Source of the DNA: a bacterium
GTDB taxonomy: Bacteria > Actinomycetota > Coriobacteriia > Coriobacteriales > Eggerthellaceae
DNA: 54,503 nucleotides
Assembly (NCBI GenBank): GCA_963597045.1
Contig: CAVBOO010000001.1
Span: 1-54,503 of the forward strand
Direction of reading: 5' to 3'
Part shown: one piece after another, positions 46,377-54,503 of the stretch
Layout of the letters: each line of letters starts with the position of its first letter
How positions within the stretch are numbered: position 1 is the first letter of the stretch
The notes under the pieces: model-generated
Told to the model about the DNA's origin: nothing
The model's input: only the letters and a program-made list of their open reading frames with translations
Databases searched by the model: none
Position numbers and translations under genes: made by a program

Positions 46377-47582
46377 TTACTCCGAGATGTCCTGGCCGCG
46401 GTAGCGAGCCATGGCTACGCAGTCCTTATCGCCACGTCCGCTGAGCGTGATGACCATGATCTTGTCCTTGGGAAGCGTCGGGGCGATCTTCATCGCGTAG
46501 GCCAGCGCGTGCGCGCTTTCGATCGCAGGGATGATGCCTTCCGTGCGGCTTAGGTACTCGAAGGCATCGACCGCCTCGTCGTCGGTGATGGCTACGTACT
46601 GCGCGCGCCCGGTGTCGTTCAACCAGGCGTGCTCGGGTCCGATGCCGGGATAGTCGAGGCCGGCGCTGATGGAGTACACCGGGGCGATCTGACCGTATTC
46701 ATCCTGGCAGAAGTAGGATTTCATGCCGTGGAAGATTCCCAGGCTGCCCGTATTGATGGTGGCTGCCGTCTCGAAGGTGTCGATACCGCGGCCGGCCGCC
46801 TCGCAGCCGATGAGAGCGGTGCCTTCATGCTCGATGAAGGGATAGAAGGTTCCGATTGCGTTAGATCCACCGCCGACGCAGGCCAAAACGTAGTCGGGCA
46901 GGCGTCCTTCCTTCTCGGTGCACTGGTCGATGATCTCGTAGCCGATGAAGCTTTGGAAATCGCGCACGATGGTGGGGAAGGGGTGCGGGCCCATACAGGA
47001 ACCAAGCAGGTAGTGCGTGTCGTCGATGCGGTTGGTCCACTCGCGCATGCATTCGGACACGGCGTCCTTCAAGGTGCCGGTGCCCGAATCGACGCCATGA
47101 ACCTCGGCGCCCATCAGGCGCATGCGGTACACGTTGAGCGCCTGGCGCTCCATGTCCTCGATGCCCATGTACACGTGGCATTCCATGTTAAGGAGTGCGG
47201 CGACGGTTGCGGTTGCGACGCCATGTTGGCCGGCGCCGGTTTCGGCGATCAGACGCGTTTTGCCCATCTTCTTTGCAAGAAGCGCCTGGCCAAGGGCGTT
47301 GTTGATCTTGTGCGCGCCGGTGTGGTTCAGGTCTTCGCGCTTAAGGTAGATCTTGCATCCACCGAGGTCGCGCGTCATCTTCTCGGCGTAGTAAAGAAGG
47401 CTGGGGCGGTTTGCGTAGTTGTCGAGCAGGTCTTTGAGCTCCGCTTTGAACTCGGGGTCGTTTTTGTAGTGCTCGTAAGCTTCCTCGAGCTCGATCACGG
47501 CGTTCATCAGGGTTTCGGGGATGTACTGTCCGCCATGGACGCCGAAGCGGCCATTGGTTTGGGGGGCGGTGTTCTCTGCCAT
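46377..47582 (-). CDS. trpB: Tryptophan synthase beta (own RBS/ATG; also in frame with upstream trpF)
   Basis: [28 protein letters not shown] and SGRGDKD. AAGAAAGGAAAACAT precedes the ATG at 47582. Confidence 0.95.
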   Translation of the reverse strand: MAENTAPQTNGRFGVHGGQYIPETLMNAVIELEEAYEHYKNDPEFKAELKDLLDNYANRPSLLYYAEKMTRDLGGCKIYLKREDLNHTGAHKINNALGQALLAKKMGKTRLIAETGAGQHGVATATVAALLNMECHVYMGIEDMERQALNVYRMRLMGAEVHGVDSGTGTLKDAVSECMREWTNRIDDTHYLLGSCMGPHPFPTIVRDFQSFIGYEIIDQCTEKEGRLPDYVLACVGGGSNAIGTFYPFIEHEGTALIGCEAAGRGIDTFETAATINTGSLGIFHGMKSYFCQDEYGQIAPVYSISAGLDYPGIGPEHAWLNDTGRAQYVAITDDEAVDAFEYLSRTEGIIPAIESAHALAYAMKIAPTLPKDKIMVITLSGRGDKDCVAMARYRGQDISE

Positions 47583-48272
47583 ATGTTTTCCTTTCTTGGG
47601 TGTTTGCTTAGGTGCTTGCATGGGGGCTGCATTTTGCTCGACCATGCGCAGGAAGCTTTGCATCAAAGCCCTGCTCTTGCGCGGTTTGCCTTGGGCATCC
47701 GTCAGGGAGGATTCGATGCCGCTGCTCACATCGACAAGGCTCGGCCGGCAGTTCATCAACGCGGGGCCGACGTTTTCGACGCTCATCCCGCCTGCCAAAC
47801 CGAAGGGCCGCACTACCTTGGCAAGGAGCGCCCAATCGAAGGTGTGCCCTTCGCCTTTGCCTCCGTCCAGCAAGACGAACTCGGCTTTTGACGCGTTGGC
47901 GGCCTCTATATCGGCGGCGCATTTTATCTCGAACGCCTGCCAGATCTCGAGTTTCGGCGCCAGAACTCGCAGCTCTTCGATGTAGCGGTCGTCCTCGTTG
48001 CCATGGAGTTGCGCGATCTGGATCGTTTTTTCTTCGAACAGGCGGGCGATGAATGCGGGCTCGGCATCGACGAAGACCCCGACCGTCTGTATCTTGCCGT
48101 TGATTCCTGCTCGCAGGGCGCGAGCTTCGTCGGCGCTCACCTTGCGCTTGCTCTTTTCAAAGAAAACGAAGCCGATGTAATCGGGGGCGATTTCGTTCAC
48201 GGCTTCAAGGTCGTCAGGCGAGCAGATGCCGCAGAACTTGATGCTGGGACGCGCGTTTGGGCTGGTGGGCAT
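47583..48272 (-). CDS. trpF: Phosphoribosylanthranilate isomerase; no stop codon, reads into trpB (631-aa ORF 46377..48272)
   Basis: IKFCGI, GFVF, VGVFVD, QLHGNE, LAGG and VDVSSGIE. Confidence 0.9.
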
Positions 48273-48276
48273 GGCT

Positions 48277-49089
48277 TCACGCTTCCTTTGCGGCCAGGCG
48301 GAACTCCGCGAGCTTGGCCGCCTTGTCGGCGCTGCGCATCAGCGCTTCGCCGACAAGTGCGCCATCCGCGCCCATCGCGGCGATGGTGCTCACGTCCGCA
48401 GGCGTCTTCACGCCGCTTTCCGCAACGAAGAGGCAATCCTCAGGGATCAGCTTGCGCAGGCGCTGCGCGTTGCCGAAGTCGACGCTGAAATCCTTCAGGT
48501 TGCGGTTGTTCACACCGATGATGCGCGCACCGACCTCGAGGGCCTGTTCGATTTCCTTTTCATCATGCGTTTCCGCGAGCGCGACCATGCCCAGTTCATG
48601 GGTAAGATCCAGGTAGGCCTTGAGTGTCGCGGAATTCAAGAGCGAGCAGATGAGCAGCACTGCGTCGGCGCCCATCAGACGCGCTTGGTAGATTTGGTAC
48701 TCGCTTACCGTGAAGTCCTTGCGGATCATGGGGGTGCTCACGGCGCGGCGGATGTCGAGGAAAATCTGGTCGCTGCCCATGAACCATTGCGGCTCGGTAA
48801 GGCAGCTGATGCAATCGGCGCCGGCGGCTTCATACTCGCGTGCAATCTGCAAGTACGGGAAGTCCTCGGCGATGATTCCCTTGCTGGGGCTGGCCTTCTT
48901 CACTTCGCAGATGAAGCTGAGGCCGGGTTTTTGCAGGGCATCGAAGAAGCGCTTCCCATCGCCTAGCTGCGAGCCGTTGCTCTTGGCAATGTCGATGAGC
49001 TGCTTCAAGTGCGTCAGACTCATACGCTCCTCATCGCGCTCAACGCGTGCTGCGGTGGCTTCGGCGATGGTGTTGAGAATGGTGGTCAT
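48277..49089 (-). CDS. trpC: Indole-3-glycerol phosphate synthase
   Basis: [26 protein letters not shown] and ESG. Confidence 0.97.
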   Translation of the reverse strand: MTTILNTIAEATAARVERDEERMSLTHLKQLIDIAKSNGSQLGDGKRFFDALQKPGLSFICEVKKASPSKGIIAEDFPYLQIAREYEAAGADCISCLTEPQWFMGSDQIFLDIRRAVSTPMIRKDFTVSEYQIYQARLMGADAVLLICSLLNSATLKAYLDLTHELGMVALAETHDEKEIEQALEVGARIIGVNNRNLKDFSVDFGNAQRLRKLIPEDCLFVAESGVKTPADVSTIAAMGADGALVGEALMRSADKAAKLAEFRLAAKEA

Positions 49090-49154
49090 GGGTGGTCCTA
49101 AACGGGGATTGCTGCTTGTTGTTCGGGTGGTGTACCTGTGACGGGGCCTGCCGC

Positions 49155-50172
49155 TTAGCTGTTGGACACTTCGATGTACTTCTTAAGCGTTGCAAGCGCC
49201 GCGCCGGAATCGATCAGGCTTTGCGCAAGATGAATGCCCTGCTCAAGCGAATCTGCTTTTCCATTCAGGTAAAGCCCGGCACCTGCGCTCATGAGCACGG
49301 TGTCGCGTTTGGGGCCGGTGATGCTGCCATCCAGGATGCCGCGGGTGATAGCGGCATTTTCCTCGGGGTCGCCGCCTTCGAGGTCTTCCTTGGAGCAACG
49401 GGGCAGGCCAAAATCCTCGGGCTTGATCACGTAGTTGCGGTAGAAGCCCTTGTGGAATTCGCACACCACGGTGTCGCAGGCGCTCGAGAGCTCGTCGAGC
49501 ACGGCGCGCCCGTACACGACCATGCCGTCTTCAACGCCCAAGGTGCTCAAGACCTCGGCCAAGGGCTGCACCAGGCTTTCGTCGTATACGCCGAGCAGGA
49601 ACTTGGTGGCGCCGGCGGGGTTGGTCAGGGGGCCTAGGATGTTGAAGACCGTGCGAATGCCCAGTTCTTTGCGAATGGCGCCCACGTAGCGCATGGCGGG
49701 GTGGTATTTCTGCGCGAAGCAGAAGCAAAAGCCCACTTCGTCAAGGAGTTTTGCGCAGAGCTCGGGGTCTTGGTTGATATTGGCGCCTAAAGCTTCCTGC
49801 ACGTCGGCGGTGCCGCATTTGCTGCTGGCTGCGCGGTTGCCATGCTTGGCCACCTTCACGCCGCCGGCAGCGATGACCATGGCTGCGGTGGTGGAGACGT
49901 TGAAGCTGCCTGCCTTGTCGCCGCCGGTGCCGACGATTTCGAACAGGGGCTCGTCATAGTTCAGGTGCTCGGCCTGATCGCGCATGGCGGCGCCGCAGCC
50001 TGCGATCATCGATGGTTTCGGCCTTGGTGCTCTTGGTGGAAAGCGCCGCAAGGAAGGCTGCGGTCTGCGTGGGCGAGGTTTCGCCCGACATGATCTCGTT
50101 CATCACGGCATAGGATTCGTCGTAGCTGAGATCCTGCTTGTCGACGATTTTGAAGATGGCTTCCTGAATCAT
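49155..50172 (-). pseudogene. trpD: Anthranilate phosphoribosyltransferase, frameshifted near 50007 (real lesion or sequence error)
   Basis: The N-terminal part ([10 protein letters not shown]...KAETID) and C-terminal part (IAGCGAAMR...GTGGD, KHGNR, GPLTNP) lie in different frames. Span is 1018 nt = 3n+1. Confidence 0.85.
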
Positions 50173-50892
50173 GCTGTGCTCCTTTGCTTGGCTTTGTTCG
50201 TTGTTTTCGATCAGGGGTTTTGTTGGTGTTGCTGGCGTGGTGCCGGGATTGTAGGATTCGCTTGCGGCGCCGTGAGCAGTGGCGATGTGTGTGTTTGAGC
50301 GAGTGGGGAACTTCGGTCCGCCCGGGCGCTGTACCGCCAGGAAGTTGGCGATGATGGTCGCGCCGTCGGGCGTCATGATGCTTTCGGGGTGGAACTGCAC
50401 GCCGAAGGTCGGGAAGCGCTTGTGCTGCACCGCCATGATCTCGCCGTCGTCGGTGCGCGCCGTCACGCGCAGGCAGTCGGGGATGCTGTTCCTGTCGGCC
50501 GCCAGGGAGTGGTAGCGGGCAACCCTGAAGCGCGGCGCCAGGCCCGAGAACAGCACGCTGTTTTCGCGGTTGGCCGTGCTCTGCTTGCCATGCATCAGAC
50601 GCTCGGCGTAGCCGACGTGCGCACCATACGCTTCACAAATGGCCTGATGGCCAAGGCAAACCCCAAGGATGGGGTAATCGGGGCCGAGCTCGCGGATGAT
50701 GTCGATGCACCTGCCCGCCTCGCTCGGCTTGCCAGGTCCGGGGCTTATGACGATGTGGTCGGGGTCCAGCTCGCGCAGCTTCTCGGGGCTAATCTCGTCG
50801 TTGCGGAAAACCCTGATCTCGGGGTCGATCGAGCCGATGAACTGGTAAAGGTTGTAGGTAAAGGAATCGTAGTTGTCGATGATGGCGATCAT
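50173..50892 (-). CDS. trpG: Anthranilate synthase component II; no stop codon, reads through a linker into trpD
   Basis: [28 protein letters not shown] and QFHPES. Confidence 0.92.
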
Positions 50893-52511
50893 TGCTCGAT
50901 GCCTCCTTGCGCCTTATCAAGCGAAACGCGAACGGCCTTGGCTTTGTTGATGGTTTCCTGGTATTCGCATGTCGGCACGCTGTCGGCCACGATGCCAGCG
51001 CCCGAGCGAACGGAAACCTTGCCGTTCTTCTTGAAAACCAGGCGAATCGCGATGCACATGTCCATGTTGCCGGTGAAATCGAGGTAGCCCACCGCGCCGC
51101 CGTAGACGCCGCGCTTGCAATCCTCAAGGTCGTTGATTATTTGGCAGGCGCTGATCTTCGGCGCCCCCGAAAGGGTGCCCGCGGGCAGCACGGACGAGAT
51201 GGCGTCAAGGGCGTCAAGCCCGTCGGCGATCTGGCCGCTCACGGTGGACCCGATATGCATTACATGGCTGAAGCGCTCGATGCTCAGGTATTTATCGACC
51301 TTCACGCTGCCGTATTTCGAGATCTTGCCGATGTCGTTGCGGCCAAGGTCCACGAGCATGTTGTGCTCGGCAAGCTCCTTTTCGTCGGCCAAAAGCTCTG
51401 CCTCGATGCGCGCGTCCTCCTCCGGCGTTGCACCGCGGGGGCGCGTGCCTGCAAGGGGGAAGGTGCGCAAGGTGCCGTTTTCCAGCTTGACGAGGGTTTC
51501 GGGCGAGGCGCCGGCCAGCTCGATGTCATCGCTTGCGAAGAAGAACATGTAAGGGCTGGGGTTGGTGGTTCGCATGGTGCGATAGGTATCCAAAAGGCTG
51601 CCCTCGAAATCGGCATCGAGTCGGTTGGACAGCACCACCTGAAAGATATCGCCTTCTTTGATGCGCTCTTGCGCGCGGCGGACGATACTGCAAAAGCCCT
51701 GCTCATCGAAAAGGCTACGGTATTTGCTCGTCGTGCGGCCGGGTTTGTGGGGCGCCATCTCGCCATGAAGAACAAGCTTCTTCATGTAGGCAAGCTCGTT
51801 GTTGGCGCGCTTGATGCCCTCGGCCCCCTCCGAGATGCGGGCGTTTGCGATGAGGACGATCTTCTTGCGCACGTTGTCGAAGGCGATGACCTTGTCGAAG
51901 AGCATTAGGTCGACGTCGTTGAAGCCTTCTTCGTCGCGGGCATCCAAGCGCAGGCTCGGCTCGGAGTATTTCAGGTAATCGTAGGCGAAGTATCCAACCA
52001 GGCCTCCGGTGAAAGAGGGGAGCTCGGGTGCCTTGGGGCTGCGGTGAGCGTCCAAAATGGCGCGGATCGCAATGTTGGGATCGTCCGTTTCGAACTCAAA
52101 GACCTTGGCGTCTTCGATATCGGCTTCGCCTTCGGCCTGGGCGGCAGCATCGCTTTCGGAGTGCACGGCGCCGCCGTTCGCCAGTGCCAAGATTTTGGCG
52201 GGGACGAAGGCCTGCTCATCGAGTTTGGCGATGCTCATGTGGCCGTTTTTGCAGGTGATTTCGAGGCTCGGGTTAAAGCCCAGGAAGGTGTAGCGTCCCT
52301 CGATGGAATCCTCAACCGATTCAAGCAGGTAGCAGTGCTTGCTCACGTTTTGCATCTTGCGCAAGACGGTGATCGGGGTAACTTCGTCCGAAAGAATCTC
52401 GCAACTCACCGGCATGATATCGAAGGCGCCGTTTGCTGCGTTCGCCGTTTTCGCATCCGCAGCATCTTCGACTGCGGCGGCGTTCTGCATATGTTCGCTT
52501 GCTTGCTTCAT
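50889..52511 (-). CDS. trpE: Anthranilate synthase component I
   Basis: [36 protein letters not shown] and [17 protein letters not shown] before the ATG at 52511. Confidence 0.95.
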   Translation of the reverse strand: MKQASEHMQNAAAVEDAADAKTANAANGAFDIMPVSCEILSDEVTPITVLRKMQNVSKHCYLLESVEDSIEGRYTFLGFNPSLEITCKNGHMSIAKLDEQAFVPAKILALANGGAVHSESDAAAQAEGEADIEDAKVFEFETDDPNIAIRAILDAHRSPKAPELPSFTGGLVGYFAYDYLKYSEPSLRLDARDEEGFNDVDLMLFDKVIAFDNVRKKIVLIANARISEGAEGIKRANNELAYMKKLVLHGEMAPHKPGRTTSKYRSLFDEQGFCSIVRRAQERIKEGDIFQVVLSNRLDADFEGSLLDTYRTMRTTNPSPYMFFFASDDIELAGASPETLVKLENGTLRTFPLAGTRPRGATPEEDARIEAELLADEKELAEHNMLVDLGRNDIGKISKYGSVKVDKYLSIERFSHVMHIGSTVSGQIADGLDALDAISSVLPAGTLSGAPKISACQIINDLEDCKRGVYGGAVGYLDFTGNMDMCIAIRLVFKKNGKVSVRSGAGIVADSVPTCEYQETINKAKAVRVSLDKAQGGIEQ

Positions 52512-52532
52512 CCCTCTCCTTTCGAGCGGGGA

Positions 52533-52817
52533 AACAAAAAGCCCGCCCTTGCTCGTGTTTACGAAAACAAGGACGGGCTTGGTAAAGCTCGCGGTGCCAC
52601 CTTGATTCACGAATGCCTAGGCTTCGTGCGCTTTGCGGAACGCCATCACGCTCCTGACCGGTAACGTCGGTCTTACGTCGCGGATACTTCGGTTGATTGA
52701 TCAATCGGTTCCCCACGCCCTCGGCGGCCCATTTGGCGATCTGCGTTCTGCCCGGATCCCAGCGCCCCGGACTCTCTGTGAGTGCACGATCACCGTTACT
52801 TCCGCTTCAACGGTTTA
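52533..52817 (-). ncRNA. Trp T-box riboswitch (transcriptional) of the trp operon
   Basis: On the - strand: stem I with AGAGA and GCUG motifs, specifier UGG (52731-52729), T-box AAUCAAGGUGGCACCGCG, terminator aagcccgtccttg...caagggcgggc-ttttt. Confidence 0.93.
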
Positions 52818-52829
52818 GGTGATGGCTGC

Positions 52830-52859
52830 AGAATAGCGCGCGTTTCGCGCCCGCGTCAA
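52830..52859 (-). promoter_or_regulatory. sigma70 promoter of the trp leader
   Basis: TTGACG-18 nt-TATTCT on the - strand. Confidence 0.7.
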
Positions 52860-53009
52860 CCGAAATTTTTTCTAAATCTTGGCGAGCGGCCGAGGTGCTC
52901 TTTCCGACAAAAGCAAGAGGAAAGCCTTTATCGCAAAGTGCTCCCGTCTGAAAAATCTTTGATGCGGAAGGGCTTGAATCGATATGCGAAATTGCAAAAA
53001 TATTCGAAA

Positions 53010-53038
53010 TAGACGCAGGTCAGAAGGTATTTTAGTAT
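53010..53038 (+). promoter_or_regulatory. Putative promoter of the small toxin-like ORF
   Basis: TAGACG-17 nt-TAGTAT. Confidence 0.5.
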
Positions 53039-53091
53039 TATTGGCAAGGTGCTTTGCATCCGGGCAGCCCTAAAGAAAGGGGGTGCCGCCC

Positions 53092-53172
53092 ATGGACGTT
53101 CAGACCGTGATTGCCGTTTGTGCGATCTTCTCTGTTGTTCTTGGGATCGTTGAAGTAAGCAAGCGTCGCTAA
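53092..53172 (+). CDS. 26-aa hydrophobic peptide MDVQTVIAVCAIFSVVLGIVEVSKRR; putative type I (holin-like) toxin
   Basis: Strong SD AGAAAGGGGGTG within a stem, single TM helix, basic C-terminus. Below the ORF-track size cut-off. Confidence 0.7.
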   Translation: MDVQTVIAVCAIFSVVLGIVEVSKRR

Positions 53173-53209
53173 ATGCGAGGTAGCTTACGGAGAGGAGGTG
53201 TGAACTGCA

Positions 53210-53297
53210 TCAAAGAAAGCTAAAAGCCAGGCCCACATTTCACAAAGACCTGGCTTTAGCAACTAAGATGCTGCCCGGATAGGCGGGGCACCCTTTA
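53210..53297 (-). ncRNA. Candidate antisense antitoxin sRNA (~85 nt)
   Basis: TATACT -10 on the - strand at 53308-53303. Ends in a hairpin with a U-rich tail. Convergent on the toxin-like transcript. Confidence 0.45.
53219..53260. terminator. Shared terminator hairpin of the toxin-like and antisense transcripts
   Basis: gctaaaagccagg...cctggctttagc. Confidence 0.65.
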
Positions 53298-53485
53298 TTT
53301 GCAGTATAGCCGAGCCGAGCCGGCGTAGCTTGAAGATTCCCCAAACTCCATAATTCACCGCTTGACCTAGGCTTGTTCTTGATTTCCAGGTTTGCAAAAG
53401 GCCAGCATTCCTGTTATTTGCCATACTGGATGGAGCAAGAGGATTTTGTAAAAAGGGAGAAGTAGCATGAAAACAGAGGAGAAAA

Positions 53486-53902
53486 ATGAACTGTCCAATC
53501 GTTAAAGGCGAGATTGCGCTGCGGATGCCTTCTGCGCCTGCAAGTTTTGCTGACCTGGCGGCAGGCAAAAACTTACTGGATACGCTTGCAGCCCATGCCG
53601 ATGATTGCGTTGGCCTTGCGGGAAATATGATCGGCGTCCGTAAATGCATCATTGCTTTTGTTGAGCAGGAAACAGGCAAAAACCGCTTGATGTTCAATCC
53701 GGAAATCGTTGAAAAATCCGGTTCCTACGAGGCGGAAGAGGGCTGTTTGAGCCTTGCCGGCAAGCGCAGAGCAACCCGCTATTCATCGATCACGGTGAGG
53801 TTTCAAGATGAAAAATTTGCTTGGTCAGAAGAAGAATTCAGTGGCTTCACGGCGCAGATCATTCAGCATGAAATAGATCATTGCAAAGGAGTCGTCATCT
53901 AG
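53486..53902 (+). CDS. def: Short peptide deformylase homologue
   Basis: EGCLS and QHEIDH metal motifs. Motif 1 reads CVGLAGNMIG. AGGAG RBS. Confidence 0.88.
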   Translation: MNCPIVKGEIALRMPSAPASFADLAAGKNLLDTLAAHADDCVGLAGNMIGVRKCIIAFVEQETGKNRLMFNPEIVEKSGSYEAEEGCLSLAGKRRATRYSSITVRFQDEKFAWSEEEFSGFTAQIIQHEIDHCKGVVI

Positions 53903-54023
53903 CTCTTTGGCTCTGGCTGCTGGTGCTCATGCAAAATCAACTAGCAGCTGGGCGACCTCACTCGCCGGTTGTCCAGCTGCTATTGCCGCTTCGTTAACTT
54001 TCGACCTTTTGCGAAAAAAGATA

Positions 54024-54052
54024 TTGACGGCGTTGGGGGCTGCGGCTAAAGT
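54024..54052 (+). promoter_or_regulatory. sigma70 promoter of the second T-box leader
   Basis: TTGACG-17 nt-TAAAGT. Confidence 0.7.
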
Positions 54053-54062
54053 CCGTAGACAC

Positions 54063-54318
54063 AAACCGATGACGTGGAAGTAACGTTGGTCGTGCACTCA
54101 CAGAGAGTCCGGGGCGCTGGGATCCGGGCAGAACGCAAACCATCAAATGGACCACTGAGGGCAAGGGGCGCGCTCGCAAGAGCCAATCCAAGACGTAAGC
54201 CGGCGTTAACGGCAGAGGGCGTGATGGCGTTCTCATGAGAGGGTTCTTTTAAGAGCCAAGAAAAGGTGGCACCGCGGTTCATCCGTCCTTTTCGCGAGAT
54301 GCGAAAGGGGCGTTTTTT
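54063..54318 (+). ncRNA. Second Trp T-box riboswitch (transcriptional)
   Basis: Stem I AGAGA/GCUG, specifier UGG at 54148-54150, T-box AAGGUGGCACCGCG at 54263-54276, terminator cgtccttttcgc-gagat-gcgaaaggggcg-tttttt. Confidence 0.93.
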
Positions 54319-54373
54319 ATTGCCTTTATCGCAGCTCGTTACTGTAAACGCAGCTAGAGAAAGGACCAATGAA

Positions 54374-54503
54374 ATGGCTGCAGAAAAGCGTGTAGTTGCA
54401 ACTCAGGAAACCAAGGGTTTCACCACTCAGGATCTTATCCTCATCGCGGTGCTTTTGGCGGCGGGCGCCGTCCTCAAGCTCACCGTTTCGAGCTTCCTTA
54501 CCT
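54374..54503 (+). CDS. 5' end of a TrpP-like tryptophan transporter / ECF S-component (truncated by the window edge)
   Basis: MAAEKRVVATQETKGFTTQDLILIAVLLAAGAVLKLTVSSFLT, with AGAAAGGA RBS, downstream of a Trp T-box. Confidence 0.7.
   Translation, partial: MAAEKRVVATQETKGFTTQDLILIAVLLAAGAVLKLTVSSFLT

Noticed and set aside
49990..50025. Programmed ribosomal frameshift in trpD
   Set aside because: There is no slippery sequence or evident stimulator, and the indel removes a conserved residue.
52321..52818. trp leader peptide or small ORFs over the leader; also the 52610 start for trpE
   Set aside because: The region is fully explained by the T-box and there is no Trp-codon-rich leader peptide. 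The 52610 start lies inside the T-box/terminator.
52742..54137. IS or transposon bounded by 48-bp inverted repeats
   Set aside because: The repeats are internal parts of two T-boxes. No transposase, recombinase or target-site duplication was seen.
53994..54369. 80-aa and 107-aa minus-strand ORFs sharing RSARIPAPRTLCECT with an ORF at 52633
   Set aside because: The shared peptide is only a translation of the duplicated T-box stem I.

Overview
This is a high-GC bacterial chromosome segment. Its gene content (hypFCD, sortase-anchored surface protein, T-box leaders, anaerobic Fe-S enzymes) fits an anaerobic Coriobacteriia (Eggerthellaceae-like) genome, which is inference. It is mostly housekeeping and metabolic DNA. 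In order: end of a sortase-anchored repeat protein, SDR, pgi-like/hypF/hypC/hypD, RlpA-like/trkA/trkA/purB/pyrE, aroE, NitT/TauT-type ABC importer, TetR, two-component system plus polysaccharide deacetylase, csoR-copA with a perfect CsoR operator, a desulfoferrodoxin-like protein, a crotonase, rlmH, lysA-hom, an atypical metA, ybaK-CPA2 antiporter, a sulfur cluster (cysK, gshA-like, Rrf2, larE, mnmA), a 1495-aa fused plasmalogen-synthase-like gene with TetR, and a trpEGDCFBA operon. The trp operon and a divergent trpP-like transporter gene each have their own Trp T-box. No CRISPR array, rRNA, tRNA, transposase or integrase was seen. Best second-look items: (1) a 26-aa type I toxin-like ORF, absent from the ORF track, with a convergent antisense-RNA architecture between the two T-boxes; (2) a MetA whose catalytic Cys is Ser and whose specificity residues are altered; (3) a desulfoferrodoxin-like protein lacking the SOR His ligands but carrying a new 4-Cys motif; (4) the single-chain PlsAR-like enzyme; (5) in-frame trpG-trpD and trpF-trpB read-through fusions that keep internal RBSs, plus a trpD frameshift; (6) two structured, unassigned 5' leaders.
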